Below, piece by piece: positions 53,546-64,000 of a DNA stretch of 64,000 nucleotides (positions are counted from its first letter, which is position 1; each line of letters opens with the position of its first letter). Where the stretch lies: the NCBI GenBank assembly GCA_963776725.1, contig CAVZOE010000006.1, positions 970,830-1,034,829 of the forward strand, written 5' to 3'. Source of the DNA: an uncultured Candidatus Rokubacteria bacterium. GTDB lineage: Bacteria > Methylomirabilota > Methylomirabilia > Rokubacteriales > CSP1-6. Under the pieces are notes generated by a model. It searched no databases, had not been told where the DNA came from, and was given only the letters and a program-made list of their open reading frames with translations. Position numbers and translations under genes: made by a program.

Positions 53546-54388
53546 TCACAACGCGGGAAGTCCGGGAATGGTTCGGCGGACCCGGTACAGCGACGTCGAC
53601 GCGGTGATGTAGAGCGCGCGGAAATCGTCGTCGCCCCACGCGAAGTTGGCGGTGCGCTCCGGCACCTCCAGCACCTCGAGCAGCTGGGCGTCGCGGTCGA
53701 ACACGTGGATGCCGCCCGGCCCGCAGCAGTAGACGTTGCCGGCCGAGTCGAGCTTCATGCCATCGGGCGCGCCGGGCTTGTCGCCCTTGGTCTCGGCCCA
53801 GAGCCGGCCGTTGCGCAGGCCGCCGTCGGGGGTGACGTCGAATACCCGGATGTGCTGGCGGGCCGTGTCGTTGATGAACAGGCGCGATTCGTCGAGGGAA
53901 AAGCACAGGCCGTTGGGGCGATCGAAATCGTCCACCAGCAGCGTCGGCGATTGCGGATCGGCGCCGGCGCGGTAGACGCCCTGGAAGGAGAGCTCCTGCG
54001 CGCGCTCCACGCCGTAGAACTTGGCGCGGCCGTACGGCGGGTCGCTGAAGTAGATGCCGCCGTCGCGCTTGCACACGATGTCGTTGGGGCTGTTGAGCTG
54101 CTTGCCCTTGTAGTGAGTCGCCAGCGGTACGATGCGCCCGTCGGGCTCCGTGCGGCTCACCTGGCTGGAGGCGTGCTCGCACGCCAGCAGCCGGCCCTGC
54201 CGGTCCCAGGTGAGCCCGTTGGACATGTTGCAGGGCTTGCGGAAGGTGGTGACGCCGTCCTTCGCCGACCAGCGCCGCAGGTGATCGCCCGGCATGTCGC
54301 TGAAGAGCAGGAACTTGTCGGTCGGGTGCCAGAGCGGGCCCTCGGTGAAGAGGAAGCCGGTGCCCAGCTTCTCGAAGGTGGCGCTCAC
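53546..54388 (-). CDS. SMP-30/gluconolactonase family protein
   Basis: FTEGPLW; SNGLTWD; LNSPND; PNGLCFS; PDGMKLD. Confidence 0.92.
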   Translation of the reverse strand: MSATFEKLGTGFLFTEGPLWHPTDKFLLFSDMPGDHLRRWSAKDGVTTFRKPCNMSNGLTWDRQGRLLACEHASSQVSRTEPDGRIVPLATHYKGKQLNSPNDIVCKRDGGIYFSDPPYGRAKFYGVERAQELSFQGVYRAGADPQSPTLLVDDFDRPNGLCFSLDESRLFINDTARQHIRVFDVTPDGGLRNGRLWAETKGDKPGAPDGMKLDSAGNVYCCGPGGIHVFDRDAQLLEVLEVPERTANFAWGDDDFRALYITASTSLYRVRRTIPGLPAL

Positions 54389-54567
54389 TTCTTGCCGGGG
54401 CTGCCCGCCACGTACCAGTCGGGCGGCGTCACCTCGTTGAAGACCACCCACACCGCCTCGCGCGGCAGCTTGCAGACCTCGGTGATGGTGTCCGTCACGC
54501 GCCGCGCGATCTCGTCCTTGCGGTCCTTGCCGTGACCTTCGTAGATCGTGATGTTGACGAATGGCAT
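54385..54567 (-). CDS. 4-oxalocrotonate tautomerase family protein
   Basis: 60 aa, starts (M)PFVNI with catalytic Pro1; GGAGG SD; TGcTAGAAT upstream at about 54596-54604. Confidence 0.9.
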   Translation of the reverse strand: MPFVNITIYEGHGKDRKDEIARRVTDTITEVCKLPREAVWVVFNEVTPPDWYVAGSPGKK

Positions 54568-54618
54568 CGTTGTCCTCCGTCGATGATCGCAGGGGATTCT
54601 AGCAGAAGGCCTCGCGCG

Positions 54619-55486
54619 TCAGGCCAGGCCCATCTGCGCCTGGATGGCGCGGGCCAGGGGACTGAACGGCGACTCCAGCTCCGCCACGATCGAGAAGTGA
54701 TTGTGCCCGGTCATGTCCGGCGTCTGCACCGGCACGCCCTGGGCCCGCCAGGCCGCGGCCAGCTCGGCGGTCTGCCGGTGGTACTCGGGCCCCTCGTCGC
54801 CGCCGTCGGTGAGAATGAGCGGCGTCGGCCACGTCGGCACCAGGGCCAGCGGGCTGTTGCGACGGGCGCTCTCCGGCGTGAGCGCCAGGACGTCGTTGAG
54901 GTAGCAGAGACGGATCGGCTCGAGGTCGTACAGGCCGCTCAGGCCGCAGCCGCCCTTGAGCTACGTCGGCGGGCGCGCCGAAGGTGCTCCAGTCGGTTGC
55001 GAGCAGCATCCCCACGAGGTGGCCGCCGGCCGAGTGGCCGGTGACGAAGATCCGGTCGGGGTCGCCGCCCAGGTCGCGCGCGTGGCCGTGCACCCAGGCC
55101 ACGGCGGAGCGGACCTGTCGCACGAGCGCGTCCATGTCGACGGCGGGAATCAGCGCGTAGTTGACGACGACGGTCAGCGCGCCGGCCGGACGGAACGCGC
55201 GGACCACGAAGCTGAAGTCGGCCTTGTCGAGGCGGTGCCAGTAGCCGCCGTGGATGAAGATCTGGATCGGCGCCGGCCCGGGCCGGGCGGCGGCAAAGAC
55301 GTCCAGGCGCTCGTCGTGGTGCGGGCCGTAGGCCACGTCGAAGCGCATCGGCAGCTCGGCCCGCGCCCGCGCGCTCTCGGCGCCGTAGCGGGCGATCCAG
55401 TCGAGCGCGTCCTTCACCTTGATCCGGTTGTTGTACTCGGCGTCGAGCGCCGGGCGGTCGTAGCCGCGGAAGATCGCCGTCGTCAT
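54619..55486 (-). CDS. Alpha/beta hydrolase (arylformamidase/kynurenine-formamidase-like; indel near 54960)
   Basis: LDAEYNNR; DVAYGP..LDVF; FIHGGYW; GHSAGGHL; HNHFSI. Confidence 0.85.
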
Positions 55487-56190
55487 CCGGTCTGCCTCCT
55501 GAGAAAATCCGCCTTGTCCATCCGCCGCCGCACGGTGTCCACGTAGCGCCGGTACGCCGGGCTGCTGGCGCCTGGATGCCAGGTCGACGGGCTCGGCAGC
55601 GAGGCCGCCAGCCGGGCCGCCTCGTCCTCGTCGAGGTCGGCGGCCGGTCGCCCGAAGTAGTGGCGGGCGGCGGCCTCGGCGCCCCACACGCCCGGACCGA
55701 ATTCTACGACGTTCAGGTACAGCTCGAGGATGCGGCGCTTGCCGAGCTTGCGCTCGAGCTGCCAGGTGAGGATCGCCTCCTTGACCTTGCGCAGCGGATT
55801 GCGCGAGGGCGACAGCCACAGGTTCTTGGCCAGCTGCTGCGTGATGGTCGAGGCGCCCCGCGGCGCCACGCCCTCGTCGATCGCCGTGCCGATCGCCTGG
55901 CGGATCTCGCCCAGGTCGAAGCCGGTGTGCGAGAAGAAGTTGACGTCCTCGGCGACCAGCACCGCCCGCTTGAGGTTCGGCGAGATCCGCGCGTACGGCA
56001 CCCACGCCCGCTCGACCCGATCGCTGCGTCCGGCGGCGCGCTGGGTCGCGCGCCAGCGCTCGATGAAGGCGGTCGTGGCCGGCGGACGGCTGGCCAGCGC
56101 GGCCACGTCGGGCCACGTCCACGCCTGCCAGGCGAACCACGCGGCGCCCGCAAGCAGGACGACGACGAGCAGCCGGCGCACCGCGCGCAT
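55483..56190 (-). CDS. mtgA: Monofunctional peptidoglycan transglycosylase
   Basis: VAEDVNFFSHTGFD; RGASTITQQLAKNL; RKVKEA; KRRILELYLN. Confidence 0.9.
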   Translation of the reverse strand: MRAVRRLLVVVLLAGAAWFAWQAWTWPDVAALASRPPATTAFIERWRATQRAAGRSDRVERAWVPYARISPNLKRAVLVAEDVNFFSHTGFDLGEIRQAIGTAIDEGVAPRGASTITQQLAKNLWLSPSRNPLRKVKEAILTWQLERKLGKRRILELYLNVVEFGPGVWGAEAAARHYFGRPAADLDEDEAARLAASLPSPSTWHPGASSPAYRRYVDTVRRRMDKADFLRRQTG

Positions 56191-56228
56191 CGCGCGCTGG
56201 CCGAGGGACGATCGTCGAGATCGGGGCA

Positions 56229-57720
<1,492 letters not shown>

Positions 57721-57724
<4 letters not shown>

Positions 57725-58135
57725 GCCAACGCGGCGACTCCCTCGATCTCGATGACGCACCCGTCGGCGGCGTCGAAGAGGTCGCGGGCCCCGACGAGCG
57801 TCATCGCGGGGAAGTGCTTGCCGAAGTACTCGCGGTAGACCGAGCCGATGTCGCGCAGGTGGGCCTTGTAGTCGGCGACGTCGAGCACGTAGATCGTCAG
57901 CTTGACCAGATCGGTCATGTCGCCGCCGGCGGCGCTGAGAACCGTCTGGATGTTGCGGCATACCTGACGGAACTGCGCCACGATGTCGCCGGCGCCCACG
58001 ACGGCGTTCTTCTCGTCGCGGGCAACCTGGCCGCTCGACGAAGACGATCCGGCCCTGCTTGACCTCGTAGGCGTAGGAAAAGCCGGCGGGCTTGGGGAGC
58101 GTGCGCGGCACCACTGCCGAGATGTGATCCTTCAT
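57721..58135 (-). CDS. RidA/YjgF family protein (indel near 58040)
   Basis: PKPAGFSYA; QFRQVCRNI; KLTIYV; FGKHFPAMTLV; IEIEGVA. Confidence 0.88.
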
Positions 58136-58905
58136 GACGGCCTCCTCAGGGGCGAGGTGCCGTCGAGCACGACGGCCTCGCCGTTGCGCGTGTCGTCGCG
58201 GATCACGCGGACCACCGCGTCGGCCACCTCGGCGGGCTCGATGAGGCGGCCGCCGGGATTCAGCCGGGCCATCGCCGCCACCGCCTCGTCGAACGAGCGG
58301 CCGCTGCGCGCCGCGACGTTGCGCGCGCCACTCCACACGATGTCCGTCGCCGCGAAGCCGGGACAGATCGCGTTCACGGTGACGCCCTTGCCGGCGACCT
58401 CCGCGGCCAGCGCCCGCGTGAGCCCGACCAGCGCGTGCTTGGACGCGGTGTAGGCGGAGACGTAGGGCGCGCCGTGAAGTCCGGCCAGGGAGGCGACGTT
58501 GACGACGCGCCCCCAGCCGCGCTCGAGCATGCCGGCCAGCACGGCGTGCGTGACGAGATAGGGGCCGGTGGCGTTCACGTGCAGGTGGCGCTCCCACAGG
58601 GCGAGCGTGGTCCGCGCGAACGGCGCCGATTCGGCGATGCCCGCGTTGTTCACCAGCACGTCGATCGGGCCGAGGTCGGCGGTCACCGCGGCCACCGCCG
58701 CGGCGACCGAACCAGGGTCGGTCACGTCGAGCGCCACGGCGAGCACGCGCCCGCCGGCGGCGCGAAGCTCGGTGGCGGCGGCGTCGATCTGATCCTGACT
58801 GCGGGCCGCGACCGCCACGGCCAGCCCCTCGGCGCCGAGCGCTCGCGCGATCGCCCGGCCGAGACCCCGGCCGCCGCCGGTCACGAGCGCTACTCGCGTC
58901 GCCAC
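58132..58905 (-). CDS. Short-chain dehydrogenase/reductase (3-hydroxyacyl-type)
   Basis: VTGGGRGLG; NNAGIAESAPF; YTASK; NAICPG. Confidence 0.92.
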   Translation of the reverse strand: MATRVALVTGGGRGLGRAIARALGAEGLAVAVAARSQDQIDAAATELRAAGGRVLAVALDVTDPGSVAAAVAAVTADLGPIDVLVNNAGIAESAPFARTTLALWERHLHVNATGPYLVTHAVLAGMLERGWGRVVNVASLAGLHGAPYVSAYTASKHALVGLTRALAAEVAGKGVTVNAICPGFAATDIVWSGARNVAARSGRSFDEAVAAMARLNPGGRLIEPAEVADAVVRVIRDDTRNGEAVVLDGTSPLRRPS

Positions 58906-58987
58906 GCCATCACGGTAACACGCGGATATCGCTGGCCGTGCGGTCCCCGCGCGGGCGATGGGAGCGGGCGGCTCGGCGCTGTGGCCG

Positions 58988-59173
58988 TCAGGGAGTCTCG
59001 GCGCAGAACAGAAAGAGCATCGGCCGGGTGTCGCCCTCGTTGGGATTGTTCAGGCACCGCACGCGCGGCGCCTGCTGCCGGGACGAGGACGATGTGGACT
59101 GCGCGGGCATGGAACAGCCGGCGAGGGCCGCGAGCACCACGAGGACGAGGAGTGGCCGGAGTCGGATCACCAC
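58988..59173 (-). CDS. Small putative lipoprotein
   Basis: Lipobox LAALAGC; 61 aa with two further Cys. Confidence 0.6.
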   Translation of the reverse strand: MVIRLRPLLVLVVLAALAGCSMPAQSTSSSSRQQAPRVRCLNNPNEGDTRPMLFLFCAETP

Positions 59174-59222
59174 GACATTTTACGTCCGATCCAACCGGTC
59201 GAAAGGTGTATATAGCGACGCG

Positions 59223-60498
59223 ATGCCGCGCGCGGGCCTCGTGACCTCGCTCAGTGATGCTGTCGGGCGATTGCGCCCGGGCATGAAGGTCCTGCTCCCG
59301 CCGGGATGCGGCGAGCCGCGCGCGCTGGTCGCCGAGGTGTGTCGTCAGTCCGAGCGGCTGGCCGACCTCACGCTGATGGGCGGCATCCACCTCGGGGACT
59401 ATCCGTGGGCGCGCCCCGAGCACGCGGCTCTGCGCTGCGCCACCTGGCACATGTCGCCGCGCCTGGAAGATGCGCGGCGGCGCGGGCGCGTCGAGTACCT
59501 GCCGCTACGGTACTTCGACGCCGTCGGCGCGTTCTCTCGTGGTGGCCCCTGGGCGCCGGACTGCGTGCTGATCCAGACGCGCGCCGCCCGACGCGCGCGG
59601 CTATCTGAGCCTCGGCGTCTCGGTCAGCATCGCGCTGCCCGCCGCGCGGGACGCGCCGCTCGTCATCGCCCAGGTGAATCCCCGCATGCCGCGCACCCGC
59701 GGCAACGCGTGGCTGCACCGGAGCCAGGTCGATCTGTGCGTGGAGGTCGACGAGCCGTTGATCGAGTATCCGCCGCCGGCCGTCGGCCCGGTGGAGCGCG
59801 CGATCGGCCGTCACGTGGCCGGGCTGGTGCCCGACGGCGCCACCGTGCAGGTCGGCGTCGGCGCGATCCCGCAGGCCGTGCTGGACGCGCTCGGCGACCA
59901 CCGCGACCTCGCGCTGCACTCGCTCCTGGTCGACGGCGGGATCGCGCTGATCGAGCGCGGCGTCGTCACCGGGGCGCGCAAGCGGATCCGCCGCGGGCGC
60001 ATGGACATCGCGGAAGCCATGGGGACGCGGCGGCTGTTCGACTTCATCCACGACAACCCCGCGGTCAACATGGAGACCTCCGCCTTCACGCACGATCCCG
60101 AGCTGATCGCCGGGCTCGATCGCTTCGTCTCGATCAACTCCGCGCTGGAGATCGACCTCGGCGGGCAGGTGACGGCGGAGAGTCTGGGCGCCCGCCAGGT
60201 GGCCGGCATCGGCGGGCAGTTCGATTTCGTGCTGGGCGCTTCACGCTCGGCCGGGGGCGTGTCGATCATCGCGCTACCGTCCACGGGCCGGGATGGCGCC
60301 GTGTCGCGGATCGTGCCCCAGCTGGCGGCGGGGGCGGCGGTGACCACACCGCGGTATCTCACGGACTATGTGGTGACCGAGCAGGGCGCGGCGCGACTCA
60401 GGGGCTTGTCGGATCGGGCTCGGGCCACGGCGCTGGTCGCCGTGGCCCACCCGCAATATCAGGGGGAGCTGGAGCGTGCGCTCAGGACTTCTTCTTAG
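59223..60498 (+). CDS. Acetyl-CoA hydrolase / 4-hydroxybutyrate CoA-transferase family (indel near 59580)
   Basis: GCGEP; AQVNPRMPRT; QVGVGAIP; SINSALEIDLGGQV; GGQFDF; YVVTEQG. Confidence 0.9.
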
Positions 60499-60715
60499 CC
60501 TTGTCGATCTGTTCGAAGATCTCTTCGTCGGTCGGGAAGCGGTACGTCTCCTTGTTGCTGTAGACGGTGGCGTCGCCGATGTAGACCTCGAAGATGCCAC
60601 CCACTCCCTCTTTCAGACGAGAGTCGATGCCGTACTTGCTCTTGATGGCGGCCTGCAAACTGGAGGCCTGGGGGAGATAGTTTCACTCCCCGCAATAGAG
60701 AATTTCGATGTCCAT
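60482..60715 (-). CDS. Rdx (SelT/SelW/SelH) family selenoprotein, CxxU, 77 aa
   Basis: AGGAGG SD; MDIEILYCGE-TGA(60685-60683)-NYLPQASSLQAAIKSKYGIDSRLKEGVGGIFEVYIGDATVYSNKETYRFPTDEEIFEQIDKAKKKS*. GGIFEV and RFP are Rdx motifs, and a hairpin follows the UGA. Confidence 0.88.
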
Positions 60716-60786
60716 GGCTCCTCCTTCCCCCCGGAATCGAGCGTAACCGTATTGTATACGACGCGTCATGGGCTCATGGGGATTCG

Positions 60787-61711
60787 ATGCTCGGCCTGAT
60801 CGACACCGACCCCGGCATCGACGACGCGCTGGCGCTGCTCTTCGCCTGGGGCTCGCCCGACCTGCGCCTGGCCGGGATCACCACGGTGGCGGGCAACGTC
60901 GGGGTTGCCGAGGCCACCGTGAACCTCTTTCGCTTGCTGGCGCTTCGGCGGCCGACGCCGGCGCCCGCCGTCGCCCAGGGCGCGGCCCAGCCGCTCCGGC
61001 GCCCGCTGGTGACCGCCCAGGGCTACCATGGCGCCGACGGCATGGGCGAGCTTGCCGACTGGCCGCCAGTGCAGCCGATGCAGTCGGCGCTGTCGCCGCT
61101 GTCGCAGCTCGACGCGGCCGACTTCATCCTGGACGCCGTGCGCACCGCGAGCGAGCCGCTGACGCTGATCGCGCTGGGGCCGCTCACCAACGTGGCGCTG
61201 GCGCTCGGGCGTGCGCCACGCGTGCTGGCCGGCCTCGAGCGCCTGGTCGTGATGGGAGGCGCGGTGGACGTGCCGGGTAACGTCACGCCGACGGCGGAGT
61301 TCAACATCCACGTCGATCCGGAGGCCGCCGCCGCGGTGCTGGCCGCGGGTCTGCGGCTGGATCTCGTCCCGCTCGACGCCACCCACCAGGCGGTGCTGCT
61401 GCGCACCGATCTCGAAGCGGCGCTGCGGCGTCGACCGGGCCCGGTGGCGCAGCGCGTCGCGGCGTTCACCGACTATGCCCTGCGCGTGGACCAGAAGCGT
61501 GGCGGCGCCGGCATGCCGCTGCACGATCCGCTGGCCGTGGCCGCGGCACTCGACCCGACCCTCGTCGCCTGGGAAGCCGTCCGCCTGACCGTCGAGTCCG
61601 GACGGTCAAACGCGGCGCGTGGCCGGAGCGCCGAACTGCCGCTTCGCCCGCGGCGTCGACGTCCCGCGCTTTCTGCGCGTGTTCCTGGAGCGCCTGTGCC
61701 CCGCGTCCTAG
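60787..61711 (+). CDS. Nucleoside hydrolase (IUNH; indel near 61610)
   Basis: IDTDPGIDDA; LGPLTNVA; VMGGA; AEFNIHVDPEAA; LHDPLA; the corrected frame ends RFLRVFLERLCPAS*. Confidence 0.9.
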
Positions 61712-62610
61712 TCGTCGGCTCGGCCAACGTGGACTTCACGGTGGCGCTGTCGCGCCTGCCCCGGCCGGGCGAGACGGTGAGCGAGGGGACGTTGCTGGTG
61801 GCGCGCGGCGGCAAGGGCGCCAATCAGGCGGTCGCGGCGCGGCGGCTCGGCGCCGAGGTGCGTCTCGTCGGCTGCATCGGCGCCGATCAGTCGGGCCGGC
61901 AGGTGCGCGAGGCGCTGGCGGGCGAGGGCATCGGGGTCGACGCGCTCGCGACGGTCGAGGGGCCGGCGACGGGCACGGCGCTGATCATGGTCGACCGCGA
62001 GGGCCGCAACCAGATCGCGGTGGCGCCCGGCGCCAATCGCTCGCTCACGGCGGCCGACGTCGAGCGTCGCGCGGCCGACTTCGCGTGGGCCGAGGTGGTC
62101 GTCTGCTCGCTCGAGGTGCCGCTCGACGCGGTTCGCCGCGCGCTCGGGATCGCGCGGGCGCAGAACGTGAAAACGATCGTGAACCCGGCGCCCTTTCCCG
62201 ACGCCGGCATCGACTTTCTGACGCTGGCCGACTACGTGACGCCGAACGAGGGCGAGGCCGGACGCCTGGCCGGGTTCGAGATCACCGATCTCGACGCCGC
62301 CCGCACGGCCGCCGGTATCGTGCGGGCGCGCGGCGCCGGGACGGCCGTGCTCACGCTCGGCGCTGGCGGTGCGCTGGCGGACGGCCCGGGCGGTGCCGTC
62401 CACGCGCCACCCTTTGCCGTCACGGCGGTGGACACGACGGGCGCCGGTGATGCGTTCAACGGCGCGCTGGCGGTGGCGCTGAGTGAGGCGCGCCCGCTCG
62501 GCGAGGCGCTGCGCTTCGCCAACGCGGCCGCCGCGCTGGCCTGCACGCGGCGGGGGGCGCAGCCCTCGATGCCGGCCCGCGCCGAGGTGGAGCGACTGCT
62601 CCGCGGCTGA
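61696..62610 (+). CDS. rbsK: Ribokinase
   Basis: VVGSANVD; GGKGANQAVAA; PNEGE; DTTGAGDAFNG. Confidence 0.9.
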   Translation: MPRVLVVGSANVDFTVALSRLPRPGETVSEGTLLVARGGKGANQAVAARRLGAEVRLVGCIGADQSGRQVREALAGEGIGVDALATVEGPATGTALIMVDREGRNQIAVAPGANRSLTAADVERRAADFAWAEVVVCSLEVPLDAVRRALGIARAQNVKTIVNPAPFPDAGIDFLTLADYVTPNEGEAGRLAGFEITDLDAARTAAGIVRARGAGTAVLTLGAGGALADGPGGAVHAPPFAVTAVDTTGAGDAFNGALAVALSEARPLGEALRFANAAAALACTRRGAQPSMPARAEVERLLRG

Positions 62611-62620
62611 GCGGGCGGCG

Positions 62621-63769
62621 CTAGGGGGCCAGGCGCTGGCGGACGCGCAGCGCGTCCACGCGGGCCAGCGCCGCCTCGATCTGCGTGAGCGAGAGCCGTC
62701 CCTGCTCGAGCGCATGGGCCAGCGCCTCCACCGCCACCGTGGCGGCCGAGCGGCCGTCGGGCAGGCGATCGTCCGCGATGAGCAGCACGTCCACCCCGGC
62801 CTCCAGCGCCAGCACGATCGCGTCGCCGAATCCGTAGTGCTGCTCGATGGCGCCCATCCGGAGGTCGTCGCTGACGACGGGCCCTTGCCAGCCCAGCTCG
62901 TCGCGCAGCACGCCGGTGATGGTGGCGCGTGACAGCGTCGCGGGATAGCGCGGATCGCGCGCGCGGTTGAAGACGTGCGCCGTCATGACGGCGTCCACCC
63001 GTCGCTCGGCCAGCAGCGTGCGGTAGGGCGCCAGCTCGACGTCGGGCCGGGCGGTGTCGGTCACGTCCACGAAGCCCAGGTGCGAGTCGGCCACGCTCGA
63101 GCCGTGGCCGGGGAAGTGCTTGAGCGCGGTGAGGACGCCCTCGGCGTGCATGCCGTCGATGTACGCGCGCGCGTGCGCCGTGACGCGCGCGGCGTCGGCG
63201 CCGAAGCTGCGCCCGTTGCCGACGATCACCGTGTTCTCGGGGTTGAGGGCGACGTCCACCACCGGGGCCAGGTCCCACCCGATGCCGGCCGCCTGGAGCA
63301 TGGCCGCGATCCGCCGGGCCTCGAGCTCGGTGAGCGTGACGTCGTTGGCCTCGCCCAGCTCCTGGTGTGACGGCGTCGGCGGGTAGCCCGCGGTGGGCGA
63401 GAGCCGCATGACCTTGCCGCCCTCGGCGTCGACGGCCACCAGCACCGGCCGTCCGGCGCAGGCCTGCGCCCGCGCGGTCATCCACCGCGTGAGCTCCGCC
63501 ACCTGGCCGGGATCGACGACGTTGCGCCCGAACAGCAGCACGCCGCCGACGCGCGTCTGGCACAGCAGCCGTTCGAGGTCCGCGTTGCCATCGCCGGTCG
63601 TGCCCGAGAATCCGACGAGCAGCAGATCGCCCAGGCGCGGCGCGACGGCCGCCACGCGCGCGGGATCCGGCGGCTCGAGCGTGCGGCACCCCACGAGGCT
63701 CAGGGCGATGGCGGCGACGAGCAGCGCCGCCTGCGCGGCTCGCCGGCTACCCGCTCGCCGCGGAACCAG
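62621..63769 (-). CDS. Glycoside hydrolase family 3 N-terminal-domain protein (NagZ-like), probable lipoprotein; start uncertain
   Basis: LVGC lipobox; AVDAEGG; APVVD; KHFPGHG..DSH; VMTAH; SDDLRM. Confidence 0.88.
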   Translation of the reverse strand: MVPRRAGSRRAAQAALLVAAIALSLVGCRTLEPPDPARVAAVAPRLGDLLLVGFSGTTGDGNADLERLLCQTRVGGVLLFGRNVVDPGQVAELTRWMTARAQACAGRPVLVAVDAEGGKVMRLSPTAGYPPTPSHQELGEANDVTLTELEARRIAAMLQAAGIGWDLAPVVDVALNPENTVIVGNGRSFGADAARVTAHARAYIDGMHAEGVLTALKHFPGHGSSVADSHLGFVDVTDTARPDVELAPYRTLLAERRVDAVMTAHVFNRARDPRYPATLSRATITGVLRDELGWQGPVVSDDLRMGAIEQHYGFGDAIVLALEAGVDVLLIADDRLPDGRSAATVAVEALAHALEQGRLSLTQIEAALARVDALRVRQRLAP

Positions 63770-63821
63770 GCACTCCGTCCACGTCGCGGGGTGCGACCGA
63801 CGAGATCGGCGCGGGGGGCAC

Positions 63822-64000
63822 TCAGGCGCCCCGGGTGGCAGCGACGAGGCGACGGACGCGGGCGGGATCGATGGGAGCGTCGACGTCACCGTCGTGCTTG
63901 AGCGAGGTGCCGACGATGGCGCCGTCGGCGATGGAGAGCAGCTCGGCGATGGTCTCCGGCGTGGCGCCGCTGCCGACGAGCAGCCGGACGCGCGGGGTGG
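63822..64000 (-). CDS. BtpA/SgcQ family protein, C-terminal part
   Basis: LLVGSGATPETIAELLSIADGAIVGTSLKHDG..IDPARVRRLV*; not in the ORF track. Confidence 0.8.
   Translation of the reverse strand, partial: TPRVRLLVGSGATPETIAELLSIADGAIVGTSLKHDGDVDAPIDPARVRRLVAATRGA

Noticed and set aside
60787-62610. Nucleoside hydrolase-ribokinase fusion (607 aa)
   Set aside because: An indel near 61610 causes it. The corrected hydrolase ends at TAG 61711 and ribokinase has its own GTG at 61696.

Overview
High-GC bacterial chromosome segment. Gene content and repeat style suggest a Rokubacteria/Methylomirabilota-like organism, which is an inference only. Many genes carry single-base indels that look like long-read assembly errors, so several ORF-track entries are split genes or false fusions. 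From left to right the window holds: (1) a >2,900-aa secreted multi-domain protein (PKD, DUF11, Ig, discoidin-like, FG-GAP, PASTA, pre-RHS) that runs off the left edge, with a coupled small ORF and a divergent SARP/BTAD-AAA-TPR activator; (2) an envelope block (MsbA-like ABC, GT4, DegT); (3) a Mrp/LON-N/PDZ/amidase operon; (4) assorted housekeeping genes (acid phosphatase, RluA, carbamoyltransferase, MscL, Lhr helicase); (5) anthraniloyl/salicylyl-CoA monooxygenase; (6) a branched-chain ABC operon interrupted by a candidate RiPP cassette (Lys-rich GG-leader/Pro-rich precursor plus B12 radical-SAM methyltransferase, followed by a GAF-SDR fusion and a thioesterase); (7) aromatic-catabolism-type genes and mtgA; (8) a UGA-recoded CxxU Rdx selenoprotein missed by the ORF track; (9) nucleoside hydrolase/ribokinase, GH3 and BtpA. 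Non-coding highlights are a ~126-bp palindromic repeat in two copies with compensatory base changes, a second hairpin family, an in-frame insertion in livF, and many apparently leaderless promoters. I saw no rRNA, tRNA, CRISPR array or transposase.
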